From Fimbriosthenelais zetlandica (lineage: Eukaryota): DNA of 64,000 nt. The stretch covers positions 28,644,001 to 28,708,000 of the forward strand of contig OZ365114.1 of NCBI GenBank assembly GCA_977030845.1, given 5' to 3'. How positions within the stretch are numbered: position 1 is the first letter of the stretch; each line of letters begins with the position of its first letter. Of the stretch, positions 46,046 to 57,530 are shown one piece after another. Below the pieces are notes generated by a model. It was not told the origin of the DNA. It saw only the letters and a program-made list of their open reading frames with translations, and searched no databases. The position numbers were made by a program, and so were the translations under genes.

Positions 46046-49000
46046 AGAAGAACTGGGTATCGTTCTAAAACCCACACCAAGCGTAATACATGATAGTGGT
46101 ACATTTTCTGCATTGAATGTCAGTGTGGAACTGGAAGTCCAAGGTCTGTTCAGTGTTTTTCTTTTGTCCAAATAGTAAATTGTTTCGGGCACAAGTCTGT
46201 TGTGATATTTTGTCTCAATACTGACACCTCATTGTACTTTCTCATGGTCTATCTCCACTGGCTTTTCTGCATCATCTGCCGCAACTGTAAAGTTCTGCAA
46301 TAGCAGGGGAATTATATATGTGAAAAGTGCCTATATTGTGCTCTATTTGTGAGTGGTGTGGCAGATATGGCAGCTGAGGCCAAAGAGAATCAGCCAAAAC
46401 AGATAGCCGCAACTAAATCGCAACAATCGCAAGGCAAAAGAACTGCAGTGGAGATACCCGATATAGATGGATACCCAACCTCCCATGTTACCCATGCTGG
46501 ACACCCACTCACTTCCCTCATCTTATCTCAGCCCCGTCCATACATCCATCATCTACGGTGGCCCATAAGTATGATAACCCCAGCGTCTCCCTCATCCTGA
46601 CCCCATGACCTCATTCTTTATACTTCCGGGTTACTACCCACCATTACCTACCGTCCTTGCGGGTGGAGTGAGGGAGCATGGTGTCGTCCACGCCCCCACC
46701 CCGACCCATACCACTAAATTATACTTGTACATTTGTGGCACTGTCACAGAGCAATTCCATTTAGACATTGTATATGGACTCAGCCAAGGCATTGCCCGAT
46801 CCATCCCGAATCAGGCCCACAAATACCCGCAAAGCTCTGCCAAGACCTTGTTGAGGACCATAGAGCCCTTTTATGAACCCTTCCCTGCATCCCCCTCCCG
46901 ACTATCTTTTATTGTTACTGTACTAGCAGGGGCTTGCTATTTGTAAGGGGTGCCTATTTGCAAGTGGTGGGGTAGAGGCCATAGAAAAGTCGGCCTCAAG
47001 GGCTAGACGCAACACAATCGCAACACTCGTGAGGCAATATAACCCTAGTGGATCCCATCCTTATAGTCATTCAGAGGGGGTCTGTCATCCCTCTCAATTT
47101 GTACTTTCTACCTCGTAAATCTTGAATTTAGATCTGACCTATTTTGAAATCCACCCCCTTGCTGAGTCCATTCAAGGGGGGTACTAATGAATAATTCATG
47201 AGGACAACCATAAAATTAAAGCGCCAATTAGGAGATAAAAGGCCATGGTTAGCGCTCTGCTCAAGACCATTATCTGGGTCACCACTTCCTGTCAGAGGAC
47301 TTCCGGTCATTTGGCTGCCTCCTTTTAGTGGAGAGTGCCTTATTGTGGAAGTTTGCAAAGACGCATGAAGACGCAAGAGTAGTTACTTATAAAAGGCCCA
47401 AGGGCTAGCTATGTCTGATGCAGCTCTCCTTGGTGACAATGCATGGTTGCTATGGTTACAATTGTTGCCTTGGTGCCAATGTCATTGAAGGATTCAAACG
47501 TCATTGGTGGGATTTGTCAAATGCCTTGGGGTGGTCAATTCTGTGGTCTAATATTTGCACTATCCCCAAACTCTGGGCCCACCCCTTTCAAGATATATTG
47601 TCAGTGTCACAAAAGAATCTATAACATAATGAAAGTTACATCCTCCAAGCCCATAATACAAGTTAATTTACATAATTAGTAAAAGGTTAAAACCCTTAGG
47701 GAGTATATATGTACCTGCAACTTGGTGAAGAGGATTGCCCTAAAAATTCCAGATAGCTTGCGTCATCGCTTTTGGCTTGTCTTTTGGATTTGGGACAGGA
47801 GGTTTCTACCCAAATTCTGTGGGTCCTCACAGATTTTCAAGGGGACATTGTTATGATTTACCGACTTAAAGGACTTTAATAGTTTTAAAAGGGTTTAAAA
47901 ACAGTAATGAATTAAGGGATGTGGAAGGAATTTCTGAGAGATTGAAGAAGAAATGTAATGAATTAATGTTCCACTTGGGACCTAATGGCGACTCCCTCTC
48001 TTTCTCTCTCGCTTTCTTTACCCGTCTCTCTCCCCTTCTTTCTCATTCTTTCTCTCACTCTAGAGCTCTTCCTTCATATTATTTTCCCTCTGGAGATGCG
48101 GTATAACATCCAGTAGACCTCATATATTACATGTCAAATCTAGGCTTACATATCCCAGTGCCAATCTAGCGACGACTAGGATGCCTTCATGGCTCAGCTT
48201 GATTCAATTATCAAAGTTACATAGCCTGGGGTGATGAAATATATGTTTGTTAAGTGTCTATGTCTGCCAGACTGGGAATTATGGAAGGAGGAAGAGGGGT
48301 GGGAAGGACGGAGAAGTGAGAGGCTGAACAAGATAGAGAGAGCTAGAGATAGAGACCCCGAGAATGAAAGAGTGAGAGAGGAAGAGCGAGAGAGAGAGAA
48401 AGAGAGAGAGATAGAGCAAGAAGGAAATAGAGTGAGAGAGATTGAGATGGAGAGAGGAGGGATGAGGGAGACACAGATAGGGAGGTGGTGAAAGAAAAAA
48501 ATCAGAGTAGTGAGAGAGAGGAATTTGAAAGACAATTGAGAGTGAGGGATAGCTAGGTAGAGAGTGAGAGGTAGAGCGAGGGAAGGAAATAGTGCGAGAA
48601 AGAGAGTAAGATAACGAGAGTGCTTGTATAAGAGCTACTGGCTAAGATATACTAAATATCTGCGTCACCCTCTCCCAAATATTTAGTCTGCGCTTTAATT
48701 TAGCTGATCAATCGTAAGTCGTTTTACAACCCTTCCTTTATTCATGAAGAGTAAATATAGGTCAGGCAAGAAAGCAAAGCAAACAACGGCGCGAGAAAGG
48801 TTTGAATGTATACTCAATTCAAGATCAATACTTTCTTGTTTGAAATCTTGGGATAGTGTCAGTGAGGGTTGGGGTGGGGGTTGGGGGTGGGGGAGGCAAA
48901 AAGCAGGACAGATTTATGAGAGGCTTGTCATTTTACCCTTCAGCCATCTTAGAGTTTATTGACAGGCCCGGGCTTTAGATACACAGAGGCTGTGATTGGC

Positions 49001-49954
49001 TAGTGAGATAACACGTGACTGGAATAGGCTGTCATGATTGGTCGAGGGAGATTGGGACCTCTTGAGTGTGAACTCTGTAGAAAGAGGTGTTGTTTATACA
49101 CGGTTTTTAACCAGATAGAGTGAAACATACTATCCAAGGGGAATACTTGTAAGAAATCAATGGCTTCGGCACTTTTGTCACATCCATTTTGGTATCTGGA
49201 AGAACCAGGATTCAATTAAAAAAGTGTCGTAATAAGTAGCATCGACGTGGATGTAAAAAGCGGCTCAAAGGGCAGGAGGAACGGGGGGTAGGGGGTGGAT
49301 GAAGAATTGCTATCATTAAGTCGTCAATATCAAGAGTCTGCCCTTTTCCATCTCTATTAAAATTGTGATGATTTAAAAAAAAAAATCTCTATTAAAATTG
49401 TGATGTCAGAAAGAGATTTCTGTTCCTTCAAGTAACACTTTCTTCATGCAAGAAGAAGTTTGACTTCTATGAAGGTCATAACATTCATTCTTTTTTCATT
49501 GCCAACTATTTTAAATGTGACATACACATTTAATGTCGGTGTATTTGGAATGTAACAAAAGAAATATAATGCTAGAAATCTGGACGATTCGACGGTCAGT
49601 CGGTCGGTCTGCCGGCTTAGTGTGTTAACACTTTTAACCCTAAATATATACCCCTAGATTATAGGGACCTACGAGTGTATTTCAATATTTCATATTGACG
49701 GGATTTAAAGATTTTCTAAAAGACTTTCCATGCTTGATGCCATCAAGGTGCGAGGGACGGACTTGGTCTCTCATTATAGTGGGGTGGTGGGTGTGTGGAG
49801 GGGGACTTCAATGGGCGTATTCTAGCGCTCACTCTGTTATAATAGACCTAGCCTCTAATAGACCAAGCCATGGGATGGTTGGTTGTGTTTGGGAACTATT
49901 ATTATAGTCCTTATCTGGCATTTTAGCACAATACCCTGCAAATGGATACCTGAG

Positions 49955-50090
49955 TCAATGCTGAGAGGCATGTAAAAGGCCAACCATGTCTCCTACTGTC
50001 TGTGGTGAGTAGCATGTAAAATACCGGTCATGTCTCAAAATGTCTGTGGTGAGAGGCCTGAACAAGACCATCCTTGTCTACCACTGTCTC
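49955..50090 (+). repeat. 44-bp minisatellite family array (~3 units)
   Basis: Same unit. Confidence 0.8.
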
Positions 50091-50509
50091 TCTCTACTAA
50101 AATCATCCATGTATCGGGCTGAATCAACTATAACAATTGAATCTAATAGTAAGCCTTGTTGGTTAGAATCATAGAGAAGGACTGTAGTCATGCATCGATT
50201 ATAACCTTTGACCTTTGGCTGGGGAATTCTCATCATGTACGGGCATTTACCTGATGGTATGCCTGCTGATAGCTCATCCCGACTGCTTTTGATGCCGTCC
50301 CAAGTGTCAGCTGATTGGGGTGTGAGAGGGGCCGTTTAGCTCAAAGACTGCTCTTTCAGCTGAAAATTGGAAGAAAATGACAGAAAATGTGTTTGAAATG
50401 TCAGTGATTTCTCTTTTTGTCATTTATTGACATTATCACCATTTTGTGATTTCTGCAGGCCGTTAGCCAGGGTGGGTGAAGTAGGGTGTGAGTCACCCCA
50501 CATAGACAG

Positions 50510-52735
50510 GCGCAACATGCAAGAATCACAAGGTAATGATCCAAAGAGAGTACCAGGGCATTTAAGATATCCATTGCATTTATATGACCACATCCTCCAA
50601 TATTTCCCCACAAATAAATGGGCTGGGGTTACAGATGCCAGTCACCTACATGGACTGGGGTACATGGGGGTCCACATTTGATGCACTTGCAGTCCATGGT
50701 CTTGTAGACAAGCTCCACTTTTAAGAATCACTGCAAGAATCACCAGGCAATGATCCCTGGTAGGTATCCTATTAATGTACCAGGTCATTTGAAACATCCA
50801 CTAGGTATTCATGACTTGCAATTCTTGCAAAGTTTCATACCCTTATTGTCCAAGGCCTTTCCACAAAGAAAGGGGCTGGGGTTACAGATACCAGTTACCT
50901 ACATGGACTGAGTGCATGGGGTCCACATTCTGTCGAGGGAGTTGTCAATTGCTGAATGTTGCCTTCCTAATCTGGTAACATATGATTTTCTAACAGCATT
51001 TGATGCACATACAGTTCATGGTCTTGTAGACAAGCTGCACTTGCAAGAATCACTGCAAGAATCACCAGGCAATGATCCCTGGTAGGTATCCTATTAATGT
51101 ACCAGGTCATTTGAAACATCCACTAGGTATTCATGACTTGCAATTCTTGCAAAGTTTCATACCCTTATTGTCCAAGGCCTTTCCACAAAGAAAGGGGCTG
51201 GGGTTACAGATACCAGTTACCTACATGGACTGAGTGCATGGGGTCCACATTCTGTCGAGGGAGTTGTCAATTGCTGAATGTTGCCTTCCTAATCTGGTAA
51301 CATATGATTTTCTAACAGCATTTGATGCACATACAGTTCATGGTCTTGTAGACAAGCTGCACTTGCAAGAATCACTGCAAGAATCACCAGGCAATGATCC
51401 CTGGTATGCTCCCAATCAGTATACTAGATTATTAGATATATCTACTAGAAATACATGATTTGCAATTCTTGCGAAGTTTCATACCCTTGTCCCCCAATGT
51501 CTCCCAACAAAGGAAGGGGTTGGGTTACAGATACCAGTCACCTACATGGACTGGGTTGCATGCGGGTCCACATTCTGCTAAGGGAGATGCCAATTGCTTG
51601 CTTTGTCTTGCAATTCTGGCAACATATCATTTTCAAGCATCCATTGATGCACTTTGACTTGACGGGCTTGTAGACAAGCTTCACATGCAAGAATCACTGC
51701 AAGAATCACCAGGCAATGATCCCTGGTAGGTATCCAATTAATGTACCAGGTCATTTGAAATATCCACTAGATATTCATGACTTGCAATTCTTGCAAAGTT
51801 TCATAACCATTTTATCCAATGCCTTTCCACATAGGAAGGGGCTGGGGTTACAGATACCAGTCACCTACATGGACTGAGTGCATGGGGTCCACATTCTGTC
51901 GAGGGAGTTGTCAATTGCTGAATGTTGCCTTCCTAATCTGGTAACATATGATTTTCTAACAGCATTTGATGCACATACAGTTAATGGTCTTGTAGACAAG
52001 CTACACTTGCAAGAATCACTGCAAGAATCACCAGGCAATGATCCCTGGTATGCTCCCAATCAGTATACTAGATTATTAGATATATCTACTAGAAATACAT
52101 GATTTGCAATTCTTGCGAAGTTTCATACCCATGTCCCCCAATGTCTCCCAACAAAGGAAGGGGCTGGGGTTACAGATGCCAGTCACTTATATGGACTGGG
52201 ATGCTGGTTTTGCCAGATTCAATTGCGATTCTGGCAACATATCATTTTCTAGCATCCATTGATGCACTGTCACTTGAAGGGCTTGTAGACAAGCTCCACA
52301 TGCAAGAATCACTGCAAGAATCACCAGGCAATGACCCCTGGTAGGTATTCTATTAATGTACCAGGTCATTTGAAAAATCCACTAGATATTCATGACTTGC
52401 AATTCTTGCAAAGTTTCATAACCATGTTATCCAATGACGCTGTTCACAGGAGGGTGGTGGGTAACAGATGTCTAGTGATGTACATGGACTGGGAGTGCAG
52501 TAAAGGGCGAGGAATATATCTCCTTTGCTGACACTTGCCTTCTGATTCTCACAGCATATCATTTTATGACAGCAATTGATGCACTTGCAGTTCATGGTCT
52601 TATAGACAAGCTCCACTTGTGAGAATCACTGCAAGAATCACAAGGCAGTGATGCCTGATAGGCATCCAGTAATTGTACCAAGTCATTTGAGATATTCATT
52701 AGATATACATGACTTGCAATTTCTGCAAAGTTTAA
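50510..52735 (+). repeat. 322-bp satellite, ~7 units
   Basis: TTGATGCAC anchor at 50678, 51000, 51322, 51644, 51966, 52259 and 52576. The period is not a multiple of 3, so it is non-coding. Confidence 0.95.
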
Positions 52736-53694
52736 TTCAACATCACGCATTCAGCATACAAATCCCTATCTCTAAAAATTCAAAAGAAATATTGTGATTC
52801 GTTCAGTTTTCATTGACCTCTCATTTGCCCCTTTAGATTAATTTATACCAAACACCCTTATCACTGATCTCAAGTCAATTCAGTTTGCCCTCTTAATGAG
52901 GCATTTTTCATTAGTCTATGACTTGGAGTGATAACTAATTAATTCTTAATTATGCTTAATGGTAATTAACTGTGGCAGGGGCGGACAGGGGGTAATTGGA
53001 GCCATCAAATTAGGTCATCGTTTAATTAAGTCACAAAAGGGAGTTACAGATAGTAGCCTGGAAGTTGAGATTTTGACTGGGACAATAGAGGAACTCCAGA
53101 CTGATCTTCTTTTGCAATTTTGTTGCGGTATACAATAAGGTCTAGTTGTTTTTGATGCGACGTTGGAAGGCGCCAAGCGATGGTCCGCTATTTTGGACGT
53201 ATATCGCTGCGCATCTGTGACGTAGGCTACATTCATATACAATGGCAGCTTCTTGTGAGCCAACTGCTATTATTTCTAACTTTGTAAGCCATGGTATTTG
53301 GATGTAGCTTTGGAAAAGACTCGTAAGTGGAAATCCCTAGTTGCGCCATTGTCCTTAATGCTGTGATGCAATGTTTTGCTCAATGTTTGGTGTAGCTATG
53401 AATTACAAGCTTGGAACCAGCTGCTATGATTTACTTAGGATTTACTTTCTCAAAGTTAACGATTTCCATTAGTGTGTTTTGTTGACATTGTCAGCTATAG
53501 TAAATCTAGAGTACCTTTATTGTTCATAATTAATGGAGTACTTGTCATTGTGTCAATAGCCAGGTGTGTGGAGGGGGATTAATAACTTCAGGTTCTATGT
53601 ATTTACATATTGATTCTCTTAATTACAGTGTGTCCGGTGGTTGAGTGTTCCACGTCAATGTACAAAGTGCCAGGTTCTCTATATTTTAATAGTC

Positions 53695-53945
53695 CTTGTC
53701 CACTGTCTGTGGTGGGAGGCATGTAAAAGGCCAGCCATGTCTGCCACTGTCTGTGGTGAGAGGCGTGTAAAAGGCCAGCCATGTCTCCCACTGTCTATGG
53801 TGAGAAGCATGCAAAAGGTCAGCCATGTCTCCCACTGTCCTTGGTGAGAGGCATGTAAAAAGGCTTTAGTTATGTCTTGTACTGTCGGTGATGAGAGGCA
53901 TGTAAAAGACCAGCCATGTCTCCCACTGTTTGTGGTGACAGGCGT
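53695..53945 (+). repeat. 44-bp minisatellite family array (~5-6 units)
   Basis: CACTGTCTGT at 53701 and 53745 (period 44). Confidence 0.9.
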
Positions 53946-55089
53946 GCTACAGTATTGCGACAAAGGTGATGCTTGTTTTGCAATACATACATAAATTTTG
54001 ACCGAAGTGTCCAAAGCCTTAAGGTTGTACACCTCTCACACATTTTTTACTGTGAAACAAGCATCAATTTAGACTGATACAAAATGGCAACAAATTGCAT
54101 TAATATAAAAACCCCTGTGATTTTGAACCCCCAGCTCCCACTCCCACACTATCTAAATCTATTAGTAAACTTGACAGTAGCTATCAGCCTGACAAAGAAA
54201 CAATGTAAGTGGCTGCCAAGTGATATTGGAGTTTGAGGAGGATAAGTTTCCTTCTCACTATTTCTTAAGTTGAAAGTTTGAGAAATGACACTTCGGGGAA
54301 ATCTTTGTATTTATGTCAGGGAGTGTCTATTGTAGAGCAGAGGCAGAATATGTATGAGATTATAATGCTATATGTCCTCGCCTGGAGAGCTAACTGCAAC
54401 ACTTCGGGGTGGGGCACACCTGACAAAAGTGGATCTCCATAAACGTCCTGTTTTCAATAGTAAAGGGCCATTTTGCTATGCCATCCAGTGCTTTCATACT
54501 GCGATGTCAAAGGACACCCACTGTATATATATGCCGAAAGACATGTAATAGAACCATCTCAGTGTAGAACTTTGTCTGTCGATAGCGTGTTTCTTCTCGA
54601 GATAGCGGACACATTGCTTGCTAGACGTAAGATTTTTGGGATTGAACATCGAAACCCAGTTTGGTTGAGAGTGTCCTTGTAAGCAGGGGACACCGTATGC
54701 TGTGTATGAATGTATATTATATTCATGAGGAAGACTTTATTCCTCACTCTGTTAAACTTTTTCAGTTTCTCCCTCCCTCTATTGGCCTTGATAAGAACTA
54801 ATGACTGATGGGAAAGGATGCATTTTGAAAAGAAAAGAAAACTTTTATAATTATACGAGAACTGGCTCTATGTGTAGCTTGAATGACTAGTTTCCTTCTT
54901 ATACGTTCGCATGCTTGAAGTGTCTTAGAACAATTTTGTGTTGTCTTTTACGTCTTGCTTATATGTAGAGTCTCTATTAAGCCGAAATTGGAAGAGATAA
55001 TTGTAAAATGTCTCATATTCTATTGTCGTCAACAAATTTCGCTTGATCACCTCTCACGAGATTGGTTCCAAGATGAATAGGCCTATCAA

Positions 55090-55290
55090 AACAGGCCAGC
55101 CATCTCCCACTGTCTGTGGTGGGAGGCATGTAAAAAGCCAGTCATGTCTCCCACTGTCTGTGGTAGAAGGCATGTAAAAGGCCAGCCATGTCTCCACTGT
55201 CTGTGTTGGAAGGCATATAAAGGCCATGCAGCCATGTCTCCCTCTCTCTGTGGTGGGAGGTATGTGAAAGACCAGCCATGTCTCCGACTG
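55090..55290 (+). repeat. 44-bp minisatellite family array (~4-5 units)
   Basis: Same unit. Confidence 0.85.
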
Positions 55291-56525
55291 GCAATACAAA
55301 CATAATAAATTCATGATAAATAGTTTTTGAACCTTTTTTGAGCCTTTCAATGCTAAGACCAGTGTCTGTGGTGTGAATCCAGGTCGTGTCGTTTGAACCT
55401 CTTGATGCTAGTCTGGCGTTTGATTGGGAACCTTGCCTGGCGGCCATTATATAGGACGTCTCGGGTGTCAGTTTGGGGGCGGTCTGCGTGACTCCCCTCT
55501 AGGGGGCAGTAGTGTGGTGTGTGTGGAATCCACCATCCCACCTCCTCTCGTCTCTCGCTGCTCGTCTGTCGTTAGTTTAATTGAGATAACTGGATCTGTC
55601 GTTGGCGTGAAGTTGTCGGTCGACCAGCCACGTAATGGCTGCCCTAATGACTCATCAGTTGATGGTAATTACCACATTTGTTGCCGCCTTGCCGCATCAA
55701 CAGCACCCGAACTCTAATAGCCTCCACGTGCTGGTCTTATTAGGCACTAGATCCTTCACTCTAAAGGTGCTCACACACTGGAGGAGTGCGTGTTTCCCTT
55801 CGGAAGTTGTGCATGGTTTCTCTTGAAGTGTCCAGAGCACAATTATGGGCTTACTCGACTAAATGCTCTGCAGAATCTGCTATTCGCGATTTGCTATTTG
55901 CGAGTATAGTATGATAGATATGTCATTTGTGGCCAGAGACAAATCAGTCACGGCTAGCTAGCTGCAAAATCACAATACTGGCAAGACTGATTCATTCCAA
56001 AGCAGTTTCACATTCCAGATGCTTGTATTAATTTTGGACTTTGGCTAAAACACGCTTCCATTGTGAGCCTGGCTTAATGGGATACACAGATGGGAGTTAT
56101 GACAGTGTAATGATGACACGTTTGGTGGCGCTGGTGAATAGAGATGGATTACACCTGGTGGTGGAAGCAGTAACTAACCTGACCTGGTGGTGAGAATGGG
56201 AATTAGCCGGCCTCACAAAGTTTACACAACACCAGAATGAATGGAGGATGGGTGACTTGGCAATGAGTCTGTTACCATAGTAAATTAGACAGTGTTAAAG
56301 AGAGAGTTAGAGAGAGAGAGTGCTAGTTTAGAAATTACTTGGCCCAAGCGGTAGATTGTTCGACTTGTATTTAACTTGGACGCCACTTTATATATATTAA
56401 GGGTCATGTTTAAGCCACCCATGTCTCCCTCTGCCTTTGGTAAGAGGCATATTAATCCTATAGGTCTTTATAATCCAGTCTAGTGTCCATAAAACTCAAA
56501 AATCGTGGTAAGAGGAATATCACTA

Positions 56526-56614
56526 CAGTCTGTTCAAACATTTGAGCCGAAACCATCATAGAAACACAGTACATTTCTATGGTGGCTTCGGCTCAACTTA
56601 GTTTGGACAGACTG
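56526..56614. mobile_element. Tc1/mariner-type miniature palindromic element (89 bp)
   Basis: TA|CAGTCTGTTCAAAC...GTTTGGACAGACTG|TA; lies 60 nt upstream of the nAChR exon acceptor. Confidence 0.7.
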
Positions 56615-56674
56615 TAGTCTTTATCATTTTATGTAGCGTCCATATAACTCTAAGATCTCTTTGTGTATGTTCAG

Positions 56675-56881
56675 GGAGGCCGATGTTCGGACGGGAAGGA
56701 AGCTAAGGGACCTCAGGAGCGTTACATCATCCGAGACCTGTTAATGGACTATGATAAGTTGTCACGACCCGTCACCAAGGACATCCACAATGTGACGGTC
56801 CACTTCTCAGCGTCGCTCATGGAGCTTCTGAACCACGCTGAGAGTACGGGACGCGTCGGCATGCGCATGATGATGCGCATG
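56675..56881 (+). CDS. Nicotinic acetylcholine receptor-like Cys-loop channel, extracellular domain exon
   Basis: TTCAG acceptor, ATG|GTGCGT donor, 207 nt. ERYIIRDLLMDYDKLSRPV...VTVHFSASL aligns without gaps to the nAChR alpha7 N-terminus as I recall it. Confidence 0.9.
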
Positions 56882-57420
56882 GTGCGTCAAACATTTACTT
56901 ATTTTTGTCTTTCCATCCCAAGATGGCGGTGCATTTAGTGAACTTTCTTACAAACTTATAGGGTGTCTATTTTGATTTTTTATGATAAAACAATGAGCTT
57001 GAACAAATAGTGTAAAAAGTTTCAGTGGAAAGTATAAATACAAAGGAAAGCTGAGATGACTACAAAAGATGAATCTCGATATCTAAGGTTTATAAAACCA
57101 GATAGAAACCTTTTGTCCATATACTCTCCGCCCCGTGTTAAGCTAATGCCATAATAAAAATAATTCCCTATAAGTTTGATACCATCTAGAAAGAAGGAAG
57201 GTCTGCCTGCCCACCCCGTAATTTTGTTTGCCTGGGTCATTAGAAAATAGCCTAACATTTAGAACGAATGCCTTAACCATTGTTAAGGGTTAACCAACGA
57301 TCAAACGCTTTATAACGTAGATTTGGGCACGTTTTGCAATGCATTGTGCACTAAATGCATTCTTTATTTAACTACACAAGTAACACCTGACCCCTATCCC
57401 TGACCTTTGACCTCTTTCAG

Positions 57421-57530
57421 TGGTGGCATGACCCTAACCTTGCTTGGGACGAGGCCGAATATGGCGGAGTAGAGAAGATAAGCCTACCTTCCAACCTCGT
57501 ATGGACTCCCGACATTAGTCTATACAATGG
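57421..57530 (+). CDS. nAChR-like exon containing loop A (WWHDPNLAW...WTPDISLYN)
   Basis: TTTCAG acceptor, G|GTAAGT donor, 110 nt, phase 0-2, the size and phase typical of nAChR exon 4. W-x-D-x2-L-x-W and W-x-P-D-I-x-L-Y-N motifs are present. The Cys-loop exon was not found in the window. Confidence 0.95.

Noticed and set aside
50420-52616. Repeated ORFs (MHGVHILSRELSIAECC..., MICNSCEVSYPC...)
   Set aside because: Readings of the 322-bp satellite; the period is not divisible by 3.
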